Assembly (NCBI GenBank): GCA_950097015.1
Contig: CATNEN010000001.1
Location: forward strand, 8,680,001-8,744,000
Direction of reading: 5' to 3'
DNA length: 64,000 bases
Origin: Macrostomum hystrix
Lineage: Eukaryota > Animalia > Platyhelminthes
In this document: positions 12,190-23,300 of the stretch, piece by piece
Numbering within the stretch: the first letter of the stretch is position 1
Layout of the letters: each line of letters opens with the position of its first letter
The notes under the pieces: model-generated
Told to the model about the DNA's origin: nothing
What the model saw: only the letters and a program-made list of their open reading frames with translations
The model's database searches: none
Position numbers and translations under genes: made by a program

Positions 12190-13338
12190 TTAGAATACAG
12201 AAATGAATTCGCTTGGCTCACTGAGAGAAATGCGCTGATTGGTTGTTGGATATTCGATGACTTGGGCCGGAGCGATTTCGCGCCCTCCCTCGTCAGCAAC
12301 CGACCCAGTGCGAGGAACATCAGGACCGTAGAGCGGCTCCAGGTTACTGTATGTGATATCCCTTGGATTAAAACATTTCAGTGTTTCTAAGGCTTTCGTA
12401 GCCGTGAACCTGCTCGACACGTCCTTTTCAAATAGGTGTTCAAGCAAAATCCTGAACTGGCTCGAAGAAAACCCGCTGGACTGTGAAAACTCGCATTCGG
12501 ATAGATTCAGCACTTTGTCGCATTCACTGAAGAAAGGCACGCAATGTAAATCACTATTGGCAAGGGGGGCCTTGTAGCCGATCTTGTCTGGTGTAGTGCG
12601 AAACAGTGTCTCGCAAATTACTGCTCCGAACGAGAAGCAGTCAATTGCAACTGTGTAATCCAGCTGCCCGCTAGAGCTGGCCTTCAACAGCTCAGGAGCT
12701 CTCCAGTGTTTTGTCCCAACCCCGCCAGTCATTTGCTCCTCGACTGGCTTGCTGATTTCGAAATCGCAGATTTTGCATTTCCGACCATGGTCGAACATGA
12801 GAATGTTGCAGCTCTTTAGATCTCGGTGAATGATTTGCCTTTGCACGTTTCTAAAGCTGATGCCTTGATGTAAATACGCCAACGCTTCGGCCACTTGTCG
12901 CAGGAAGCTGAGGCAGTGGTTGAATGAGTAGCAGCCTACTCCTTCGCCGGTTGGAATTCCCCTTTTGTCCTTAAGCACATCGTAAAGACTTTTTTCGGCA
13001 AGCTCCATTAAAAACAGCGGTCCATATTCTGGGTAGTTCTCCAAGTAGCGGAATGCAGACACAATGTTCTCGTGAGCTCTTTTGGTCTCTCGGTCGAAAA
13101 AGCTTGATAGAAGCTCGTACTCTCGCTTGAAGTCTTCGAGATTCTTCAAGCGCTGGTTTGTGTGCGCTTCATTTTTTAAACTTTTCGAAAACGATTTAAG
13201 AGCATATAGCTTCAGAGAATCACCTGAGGCGCCGTGCAGAATGACATTGCAGCTAAAGATTCCACTAGGCGTGTTAATTGGCGACAAGTTATCGAGTTTG
13301 ATATTTTCATTCGCGCAGTTTTCTAATTGTGATGACAT
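12190..13338 (-). CDS. Atypical TKL-like Ser/Thr protein kinase B (382 aa; truncated before the C-terminal domain, possibly pseudogenised)
   Basis: Motifs YALK, FKREYELL, IIHRDLKSCNIL, KICDFE, GTKHWRAPE, DCFSFG. The ATG at 13338 follows a polypyrimidine/AG acceptor, with a 5'-UTR donor near 13427. Confidence 0.85.
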   Translation of the reverse strand: MSSQLENCANENIKLDNLSPINTPSGIFSCNVILHGASGDSLKLYALKSFSKSLKNEAHTNQRLKNLEDFKREYELLSSFFDRETKRAHENIVSAFRYLENYPEYGPLFLMELAEKSLYDVLKDKRGIPTGEGVGCYSFNHCLSFLRQVAEALAYLHQGISFRNVQRQIIHRDLKSCNILMFDHGRKCKICDFEISKPVEEQMTGGVGTKHWRAPELLKASSSGQLDYTVAIDCFSFGAVICETLFRTTPDKIGYKAPLANSDLHCVPFFSECDKVLNLSECEFSQSSGFSSSQFRILLEHLFEKDVSSRFTATKALETLKCFNPRDITYSNLEPLYGPDVPRTGSVADEGGREIAPAQVIEYPTTNQRISLSEPSEFISVF

Positions 13339-14934
13339 GTTCTTGTTTGAAGAGCTGCAAAATGAAAAAAACTTTATCAACGTTGCGGATTTTAAAACAT
13401 GGAGATATGGATAAAAACGTTACTCACCTAAATATTTTCAAGTGTTTTACCGTGTTTTACTGCATATAATATAGAAACATTTTTCAATCAGGCTAGCAGT
13501 CTGTTCTGAGCTGGAGGTTTGCTCAAGACCGCTGAAGCACTCTATTAAACACTGAAAAGAACTGACGTGGAACTCAACTCCTATCCCTCTGCGGTGTGCC
13601 TGACAATGAACCAACGTAAATTTTGGGTATGCCACAATTTATTTCTACTGCAGAGCTTTTCTAACCTCAGCTGAGTCACTACTTTGGGGACATTATAAGC
13701 TACTAAACCCGGCCAATACATTCTTTCTGTGACGCCGCGTAGCTATGTGCATTTGTAGTGTTTGACGGCGCCTCACCGGACCAGTTGTAGTGGTGTTTTA
13801 ATAAATGAGGCGTAAAGGCGGTGGTTCTTTTGTAGTTTTAAGGTTGTGTTTGAAGTAGTAAAAAGACGGTTAAACTTTAGTCTGGGTACCTCCTGTATAT
13901 TTATAGTTATTAACGGCTTTCTGGAAAGTTCTTTACAATTATAACAAATATAATATAACTAATTTCGTACAGACTAGGGTTGATACAAACAAAGTAAATG
14001 CGTATGCTTTAAATAATTTATCTATTCCATATCAATAAATTGGAATACAAACAATTCCTAAAGAAAGTCTAAGAAAATTATAGAAATTTCTACGACAGAA
14101 AACTATTTTTAGTAAGAACGATACAATAACAATTTTACGATTTGCTACACATTCACTAACTTGCATCTCGGATGATTAGATTACTTTGTGTGGTTCACTT
14201 GATTTATTTTCTTTATTTATTTATTCTCTTATTTCGAATGTGCGCAGCTTGTACTCGTGACACGTTACTTGCGCTCAGGTTTGTAACGTGTGGTCGCGAT
14301 ATATTGTAAGTGGCACGTTGCCACCAGCCCTTTCTCTAGCGGGTTATAAAAGCCGGTTTGTGTCTCGAAATATCAAGCTTATCAATCCTAAAGTGTTCGC
14401 TTTGCTACAGTACGGCACATATTTATCAGCCATGGAATTTTATGGTCATGGAGAATAGTACAGTTAAATAGACTGGACGTGTATGCTAATTGTCACTCAT
14501 TGTCCCTACACTGCTCAATCGTACGGAAGAGCAGGCGCTAAACTTGTGGGGCAAAAATATTCTGTCGCACTTACATTTTGCTCGGCTGTACGCTGTTTCT
14601 GTGCATTTACTCTAGCCAAAGTTCTATTGCGGTCATGACGTTATGGCATTTCGTCGTTTAAATGCACAATAGGGAATTGTGGCGTCATAGTTATTTATAT
14701 AACATTATGACATTACCGTGTCTTTAAAGCGGATGCATGAGGCTAGTTGGATGTTGCTAGTATTTTATCCAAAACTTGCAATACGCAAACTTGTAATTTA
14801 CTTAATACTAAAAGGGGTCCGGTAAGTGATAATGTTGTTGTTCTATTACATAACTGTTGGAGCAGCTACTGTATATATACTGTACAGAGGATGTCATAGC
14901 TATTTTTTGAAAATTTCATTATTTCTTTTCAGTC

Positions 14935-16557
14935 ATGCTGTCGAGTTTTTGCCTCCAGAATGCAAATAATCTTGAAATATCCGATGTTAAGCCCATTCAC
15001 TTAACGCATGGGATTTTCCGCTGCCATGTCGGCTATCATTCTGGCGATAGAAGCAGCCAGAACGGGAACGAATCGAAGCAGTTTGCCATGAAATCTTTCG
15101 GCAAGAGCAGAAAAAGTGAGGAACATGATCAAGAGAAGCTGTTGAAGTTGAAGAAATCTTTCCGGCGTGAGTACGAGCTGCTTACAAGTTTCTGCGACTC
15201 TAGAACGAATGCTGCTCACCAGCGCATAGTGTCCGCGTATTGGTACTCGGAAAACTATCCCGATTATGGACCGTTATTCTTGATGGAGCTGGGCGAGCGC
15301 AGCTTGTTTGACGTGCTCACCGATAATAGAATTGCCACCGGCAATGCAGAGCCCGGCCGCTACTCATTCAGGCACTGTCTTAGCTTTCTGAGCCAAGTGG
15401 CCGAAGCCTTGGTTTATTTGCACAACGGTATTCGGTTTAAAAACCAGTTGAATCCGATTATTCACCGGGACTTGAAGAGCTGCAACATTCTGATGTTCAA
15501 CCAAGGCAGAGAATGCAAGATTTGCGACTTTGACATCAGCAAGCCAGTGGAAGATACGATGTCTGCTGGAGTTGGATCTCCCGGTTGGAGGGCCCCAGAG
15601 TTGGTTGCGCCAAGCTCTAGTGGAATGCTGCGGTACACAGTCTCCGCGGACTGTTTCTCCTTTGGAATAATTATCTGCGAAACACTGTTCCGAAAAAAAC
15701 CAGAGAACATTGGACAACCCGAACCAGACAACTCAATAAAGACAGCCAGCCAGAGGCAGAGTAAAGTTCAGTTCTTCAGTGAGCAACCAAGAGTCCTTTA
15801 TTTATGCGAATCTGTATTTTTTGAATCTCCTGAATTCAATGCCAGCATGCGGGACCTCCAAGCTCTGATGAATGGTGTGCTCTCAGTTGATCCAAACAAT
15901 CGCAGCGCGGCTCAAAACGTATTGGAAAATTTGCAGCTCCTCCAACCGAGAACCTCGGAACCCCTGCCCGCCCTGTACGGATACGAAGTTCCCCTCCAGC
16001 CAGTATGTGTCGGAGAACATGAGCTGAATGAACCTGTCATTCTGGAAAACACCTGCTGCAGCGAACCCAGCCAGTTTATTTCCGTGTTCTTCACCGTAGA
16101 GAAAGCTTCCGTAGAGAACTTTTTAGACGAGGAGAAAGAGCGGATTCGGTCGGTGATGAGTGTCATGATAGAAACGATAAACACGCGGGTTGGCACTGGA
16201 ACGGAACCGTGCACGGCCAAATTTGCAGTCTGTCTCGTCAGTGAAGACCCGAGGCACCTTATTTTGGAAATCAAGGTCAGGCAAAGCAATCAGACCGAGC
16301 GGTCTGTTGTGTCCTGGTGTCAAAACAATGACGAGCAGTGCGCGAACCTGTTCAAATCTTTCTTCGCCGAAGATCCCCGGACTTGCTTACAGAGCTTGAG
16401 CTTCAGTTTGAGGACTCCGGAAGGCTTCATGCCCGACTGTGGTGTCAACGAAGCTGGACAGCGAACCCGGAGGCCTACTGGCATGCTTGCGGCCTCCTGG
16501 TTAAACCTATGCAGCCTATTTTCCCGTGTGCAATGCTTTATTAACAACTTTGAGTGA
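14935..16557 (+). CDS. Atypical TKL-like Ser/Thr protein kinase A (540 aa) with an unassigned ~170-aa C-terminal domain
   Basis: Single coding exon with FAMK, FRREYELL, IIHRDLKSCNIL, KICDFD, GSPGWRAPE, DCFSFG. Acceptor TTTTCAG lies just before the ATG and donor GTAAGT at 14822. Paralog of kinase B in divergent orientation. Confidence 0.9.
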   Translation: MLSSFCLQNANNLEISDVKPIHLTHGIFRCHVGYHSGDRSSQNGNESKQFAMKSFGKSRKSEEHDQEKLLKLKKSFRREYELLTSFCDSRTNAAHQRIVSAYWYSENYPDYGPLFLMELGERSLFDVLTDNRIATGNAEPGRYSFRHCLSFLSQVAEALVYLHNGIRFKNQLNPIIHRDLKSCNILMFNQGRECKICDFDISKPVEDTMSAGVGSPGWRAPELVAPSSSGMLRYTVSADCFSFGIIICETLFRKKPENIGQPEPDNSIKTASQRQSKVQFFSEQPRVLYLCESVFFESPEFNASMRDLQALMNGVLSVDPNNRSAAQNVLENLQLLQPRTSEPLPALYGYEVPLQPVCVGEHELNEPVILENTCCSEPSQFISVFFTVEKASVENFLDEEKERIRSVMSVMIETINTRVGTGTEPCTAKFAVCLVSEDPRHLILEIKVRQSNQTERSVVSWCQNNDEQCANLFKSFFAEDPRTCLQSLSFSLRTPEGFMPDCGVNEAGQRTRRPTGMLAASWLNLCSLFSRVQCFINNFE

Positions 16558-17044
16558 GCTTTGAGTGAATTTATTGACTGGTAATTTACTTAAGAAAAGG
16601 TTTAACATGGCTTTTAATGCCTATTTAAAACAAGCATAAATCTAATTTATCCTGCAAAAATTCGTTTTGTTATTCTAGAAGTATAAATTCTGTAAGCTTA
16701 TCAAGCGGATTCTTATTTGATTTGATGTGATTTAAATCCTGATGTGAGATTTGTTTTAAATTCTACAAACATATGAGTATTTCAACTCATGATTTTTTCA
16801 TTTTAAGCACATTCAACTCGCAGTAAATAATTATTATGCAAATACGCCAGGAAGACTCGCTTATTCAACATTTTCAACAATTTGGCTTATTTTCCCACTT
16901 AGGTAATGTTTGATTTATTGTCCATCCTTACATGGTATGTTATATCCATGCTAGCCTTCTAAATGTGTGCAGTACATTAAATCGGTCAGAAAAATGTTAC
17001 GTCAAGTCAATAATAGAATTGTTGGTTATTTTTTACTGATGTTA

Positions 17045-18104
17045 CATGTATCCCCACTTGCCCTGGGCCAATGTCTATGATCTCAGTGTAAATTTCATTT
17101 ATTTGCACCGGCACAATGTGCAAATAAACGAGAACTTTATATTTTAAAATAAAATCGATTCAACATGAAATTGTAACCATTTAACAGTTGCACTTGTGTA
17201 TGTCGATGTCCGTCCAGATGCACCACTGACGGCGATACACATGGCGCATGGTATTGACGAAAAGAAATCCTTTAATGTCCCAGCGGAGTAGCGACCGTTG
17301 CGCTTTGTCCTCACCTCAAGAATGAAACTTTTCATTAGAAAGTTCAAATCGGACTTCGAGAACTAATCTGCGCCTTTCAGTACCATAAGCGAGGGTCCAC
17401 CGTCGGAACACCAGAGCACTTTCTTCGCCGCATTTCTACTCTTGGAAAGTAGAAAACATCCAGCGACATTTCTTTAGCGTGTTTGTTGGAACCGTTCCTT
17501 CGATGAGTGAACTGACTTCTTCGTCAGTCAGATTGACAAGTCTTTCGGTAGCCATTTTAACTAATTAGCTGTCTCTCTTCTTTTTACGAGCGCATCTTTC
17601 ATTTAGCGGTACAGTACCTTAATGCTAGTGTCTATGGCCATTTTTGCTTTTAGCTTTGTACTTTATGCTATTCAACTGAGGGATACATATAATATTCCCC
17701 ACTTATTCCAGTGTCTATGGCAATAAATGCACTCGTGCGTCGTTTATTACCCTAGCCCTGGAATAAATGGGGAATATATACCATGTATCCCCACTTGCCC
17801 TGGGCCAATGTCTATGATCTCAGTGTAAATTTCATTTATTTGCATCGGTGCAAATAAACGGTTTATTTCACTCGACCATAAACATTGTATCTTTTTTTAA
17901 AAGTGCGGTATTAAGTGCGGCCCACACCCCCGCAAGGCGGCTAAGCGCCCCCTTGACCCCGCTTTCCCTGTTACGCTGCTTCTAATTTAAAGTAGGGGAT
18001 ACATCACATATTCCCCATTTATACCAAGTTCGCCTCGGTCAATAAACAAGTCACTCAAGCATTTATTGCCCTAGACACTTGGTATAAATGGGGAATACAT
18101 ACCA
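17045..18104 (-). mobile_element. Crypton-like (tyrosine-recombinase DNA transposon) relic with repeated ends
   Basis: Broken frame from ATG 17555: MATERLVNLTDEEVSSLIEGTVPTNTLKKCRWMFSTFQE*...LNFLMKSFILEVRTKRNGRYSAGTL, resembling the Crypton/DUF3504-associated N-terminus. A ~62-bp direct repeat (17045-17107, 17782-17844) and ATATTCCCCA...TGGGGAATA hairpins at ~17693-17778 and ~18008-18097. Confidence 0.6.
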
Positions 18105-18306
18105 TATACCGGGTGCGCAAAAAGTATCCGGACAGAATCTGGTTGGCTTTGCTTCCGAGAGTTTGACATACTCCGGTGATTTAAAGCATCATTTTTATAA
18201 TACGTCTATGGCCCAACTATTGCCTGGAATTTTAACCCTGATATGCAAAATGGACTCAATCCGCGGATTTCTGTCACCCCAAGTTGTCACAATATCTGGT
18301 GAGATG

Positions 18307-19275
18307 CACAGATACTATAAACACTAGATAGGCCAATTTTCTGGGCAAGTTTTTTATTATACTTTCTGCTTAGTAGCAATGAAAGTAAGCTACAGTATTA
18401 TTTGCTAAGTTAGACAAATCGAGCGACTGTTTTCGAGACATCGTTTGCTATAAGATCGTCATAGCAACTAACTTGTTTTGGGCAGTAATGGTGTACATTA
18501 AGACGCGACAGTGTACAATGCTGCTTATCTTTTAAAGTGGAGGAAGGGTGTAGTCTGAAATGGGGTTGATATCGGATTTCGACAGTGTCAGATCCGTCTG
18601 GCTGTCATATGCAGCACAAGCGTCTGCCCCACGCAGTCATCGGCCTAACGCATCCTTCACCAGCGGCTTTGCGCGAGTTCTGCAAGATGGAGGCTGCCTT
18701 CGTTGCGCAATCGCACAGTTTTATTGTGCAGTCGCAGGTAGCTAAACGATTGGCTGTTGTGTTCACAGCTGGAGCAGTTGCACTGCCGGCGTGCAGCTCA
18801 CACGCTGCACATGTGCAGCGTCAGGTATGCAGCACGTTTGCACGGCTGCGACTGCATCATTGGTGCCGCTGCGAGATGAGAAGCCTGCGAGCAGCGGCGA
18901 GCAGGAGCAGCACGCTGCGAAAGTTTCAAAAACTGCGATGAGCTGATTAATTGATGTGAAATCATTCTATTTAGATAAACAAATATGCAGTATATAATAG
19001 CTTGTATTTGTCAAGTATAGTTAACTGCAATAATATTGCTGTCAATGCAATCTAAAGCATTCACACTATTGCTTTTTGTCGTAGAAATTATAGTTAAAAG
19101 TTTATTTTTGCTAATAATATAATAATACAATTGCTGCATTGTATTCATCTTGGTTTTTTATTTTTTTATTATAAAAACGCATAAATGTTTTTATCACTAC
19201 TATTCAGAAAGTAGAATAAAAAACTTGCCCAGAAAATTAGCCTGAGTGGCCTATCTAGTGTTTATAGTATCTGTG
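18307..19275. mobile_element. Non-autonomous P-type DNA transposon (969 bp, CACAG TIRs, 8-bp TSD)
   Basis: TIR CACAGATACTATAAACACTAGATAGGCCA at both ends. TSD GTGAGATG at 18299-18306 and 19276-19283. Apparently nested in an older Tc1-like relic starting TACCGGGTG at 18107. Confidence 0.85.
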
Positions 19276-20324
19276 GTGAGATGCTGCAAAGCGTTTTGTG
19301 GTCGTCTTGAGAAGGTGATTGCCCAAGGAGGTTCTCCAATCGTGGATTAAATCGAGTCTGGCATGCAGAGCCGCTTGTTGGAACCATTTGAGCAGCACAT
19401 GGCAGCAAGTGGGCCAGGTGATTGATTTGAAGAAGTCTGACGATCTTGAAGTCTGTTAGAAAAAGTGACTGCTTCTTTAAATTGAGTTGCACTTTTATTG
19501 CTCCATGCCCGCGTTACGTTTCTCTTGTTCGCATTTTAGAACGAATTCGTTTTTACGTTATTAAATGGAACACGAGCTTAAAATTTCTCGATTCACATCA
19601 TCTATCCTTAGTTAAGCCATTATCACCTTTCCAGGTGAAAATAGACCGACCTGTTGCATTGGCCACTTTGCTGAAAAACGAGCTACGACAATTTGTTGCA
19701 TTGAGTTGCGATGTGAAAATTCATGGATTTGGGACCAACACGTGCATATTTATCTGTCTTTCTCTGCAACGCATGCAAGTTTCCGAATACTTTTTGCTCA
19801 CCTTCTCTCTGCAGCTGCGCCCCAAATAAATGTGGCCTCGCCGTGGAATCGAACTTAGGGACCGTGGTGCGAAGGGCAAACGCTTTAACCGCTCTGCCAC
19901 CGACCCCCCTATAGAGAAGGCTTGGGACGCAAATTGTTAAGTGTTAAGTGTTTACGGGACGCAAAGAGGCGGTTGGGATTCTGCTCATATACTCGCTTAA
20001 GAAATTCTGGGCTGTCTCATCTGGACCATTCCCACGCAAAAGCTGCCACAAAAGCTGCAAGATTTTTTGGGATTTTTCAGTTTTTCCGTCAGCTTCTATA
20101 GCTAAAGAACAAATTTTCCGATCAACTGCGCTTACTTGTTGGGCCTCCTCACAGCAGAAGAGAGGCATGAGCCATCCTTGCTTAAGTGCGCATTCTTGCG
20201 TTGCTAAACAGCACACAGCACACAAACTAAAAACTGCTCTAAAAGCTGCTTTCTCTTCTTACTTAAAATCGCGCTTAAAAGTTTCAGTGCGCAAATGAAC
20301 CATTAACTTTTTTTCTCGACGAAA

Positions 20325-23300
20325 ATGACTCTCGCCAACTTCTGTTTTCTGATCGGCCTTGTTCTAGGCCTTTACATCAACTCAGCTAAAGGTAAGGCAT
20401 TAACAGTAGGACTATCGAGCCATTTTGCCACCCGTTTTCATACCAACGGAGGATTATGACAATAATTTTTGCGGCACCCGAACGGAGCAACGCAAGCACT
20501 CGAAGCTCTATAACACGGGCCTATTTTTTGCTGCGCATCTTCTGAAACAAGAATTAAGTCGCCAGCCCTTCAGACCGTCGGGAAATTCAAAGTCCAGCAG
20601 CTCCGTCTGCATAAAGGTCGGTGACCACCGAAGTCGCAGATGATGCAGGCACATTCGGGTGACATGCTGATAAAGTTTGAAGGCCTGGCAAGGCCGAACT
20701 GAGGCACAGTGCAAATTCGAATATAGAGGTGCATGAAATGCACTAGCTCTTATGGGAAAAGTCAGACCTTCGGCCAGAACCTTTGAATATCTCGGCATTC
20801 GGCAGTTATTTAGAAAATGCGCAACAAAAGTTGGCCGTGTTCTTGAGTTTCGTGTGCTTGCACTGCTTGCGCTAATCAGTTCGGTTGCAGCAAAAATAGT
20901 AGTCAGGGGGGAGAAATCTCCTCTTGATGTGGAGTGTACTACGAGAATCGAGTGAGGGTGTGAGCCAGCCAAATTTCTCGAAATTTTAAGCAATCAATAA
21001 TCGCGACCCAACTAGCATCTGGCCACAAAAGCAAGATGATTAATTTTAGGGCCGGGTTTGGGGCAGCGGAGAATTAAGTAGCCGTCGAATCCCCTCTCCC
21101 TGGATCTGTTCTAGCCCCCTGTAGGAATGACTGATCGCGGGCCCATAACTTTACTGTATGAGCTAGTTTAGGTCATAATTTCCCTCCAAACCGCGATCAG
21201 ATATCGGAAATCACTCGGGCATTATGAGTGATCAATAATTCTTCATGTCCCCACTTCTTTAGTGTAATCCGAGCCCAGCTCGATTAAATGACCTTTCCCC
21301 TTTAGATACATGTATTGTCACTGTAGGCAGGTCGGCGCCTGCGCTACCCATTGTCCTGGCGGAGTAGCAATTATTGGCCGACTGCCAGAGGCTGCTCCTA
21401 GAGGAGCATCTGTCGTTTCTTGCCGCTGGTTCATTGGGCAATCGGGGTGGCCCATCGCCGCTCCGATTCCTCGTTGACAGGCCGGCGAGGATGTGGGTTA
21501 TTTTGATGAATGTCGAGGTTGGCGTGCTGCAGGACTATTTAAGGAAGCGCGCTGCGCTGCTCCCGGAAAGGACGGCCACCCCTCTCGGAGCACTCTCCTT
21601 CACCGCTCCGTCCTTCTGGACCCGGGCTTACTCCCTTTAGTAATTGTGATTAGGCTGGTAGACAACCGACTCTATCGCCCTTCAAATCACCCACATTAAC
21701 CGAGGGCGGATCAGTGGCTCAATCTCCCGCACCAATTTACTCTTGGTAGTTTTTCTGTTAATATGACCTGTACATTTCAAAATCAAAGCTTCGATAAAAG
21801 TTAATGCAACGCTATATTGATAAACAAACAATTCAGCGACGTGCAACTCAACAAGGTATGAACGGCATTATGGTGCTGTCATTTTTGACACGGCAACCAG
21901 CCAGGTGTTCAACGTGAGCAGTGTATCGACCTTGTCAAACTGCCTGATGCTGTGTCGGCTCAAGCTATGCTCAGCAGTCGTGTTCTGGAATAGTTCCGCA
22001 TTGTGTCAGCAGGTCATACGCCTCCAATCACCTTCTGGAATTAGCCAACTAAGATCCTTGGGCTCGGAGTCGTCTTCCGAAGTACTGATACGAGAGGGAC
22101 TTCAAAAAATGTTGACGGTGTCTCTTACAAACCTCACTTTGATTTTCAAAAGTGAGTTTTCTGCACTAACGTATTGTGCTTCTACTCAAATGGTTTGCTA
22201 TATTTTTAGTATTTTCAGACAATTTTTCTCACTGACAATGTTTTTTGCTGTTACCTTCTTAGCTATTAATTCTTAATGAGCCTAAATTAGACTTCTCAGA
22301 TGTAGTTTTTTACTAGCATAGTGAACTTTCATTATTTAGCTAAATAAAGCTTTTAGGTCTTGCGCAGTAATTGCAAGACGAACGGAAGCATAAGGTAAAG
22401 CTAAATTTCCTATCTCCGTAGGATACTCTTTCGCGAAAACCAGCTTTCAATTTTTCTTTCTAAGAAACGTCGTTTCCCGGCCTTTTACTCCTAGTGGTCC
22501 TTGCCTCAGACACTGTGGCTGCACCCAAAGTACATCACTTGCTTCAAGAGTGAAAAATATGCGACATTGAATATATCTCCGTGTTCTTTTAGACTCAAAC
22601 ACCGGTCGATCTGGAAGCATCCAACAAGCTGTGATAAATATTTCTGGCTGCTATCGCATTGAAATAACCGGCGCCATGGGTGGAAATACTTCCAGCAATG
22701 TCGGTGGCAGAGGCGCACTAGTCGCTGGTAACGTCAGTTTAACAGCTGGTACTAATCTTTCTATTGTTGTTGGACAGGCTGGTAGTTCCTCTTCAAGTCA
22801 ATATTATGGCGCTGGCGGTGGAGGGGGCAGCTTTGTGTACCAGGCAGCAGACAATCAGCTGCTGATGGCGGCAGGCGGTGGTGGAGGGGCATCATACTAT
22901 TCAAACAATAATGGTGAGTGCCAGATTTAGTACTTGACTAAAATGAGTCGTTGAGCTGAATACCAACCCGTAATCACTCAAATTCGTAAGCAAACGGCTA
23001 TCCGGTGCTAGATAATAATAATAATAACTGCAGGAGGGCAGCGGGCAATGACTCATCATTTGTTGACACTGCGCCCACAGCCAGCGAGGAGGCAATTCTG
23101 CCCATTTCGCTGACTTCTGTGCGCAAACGCACACAAATACTGTACACAGGCACAAACTCACACAGGTATGTACATCTGCCCTGACTTTCTCTCGTCAGGC
23201 AGTACACTTCACTGTGCCTTGAATGTTGGCCCTCAACGGCGTAAACTGCACGACAAGCCCACAAGCCTTCATTCCTCGGCTGCGCCCCGAATTAATGTGG

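Noticed and set aside
21120-21700. Possible solo LTR in intron 1 of gene A
   Set aside because: It is a GC-richer island, but I could not identify matching TG...CA ends with a TSD.
23075-23115. HDV ribozyme in the SINE (contains GCCTCCTCGCTGGC, identical to HDV P3/L3)
   Set aside because: No upstream P1 partner and no P1.1 GG. The sequence is better explained as the LINE-like 3' stem-loop followed by a simple hairpin.
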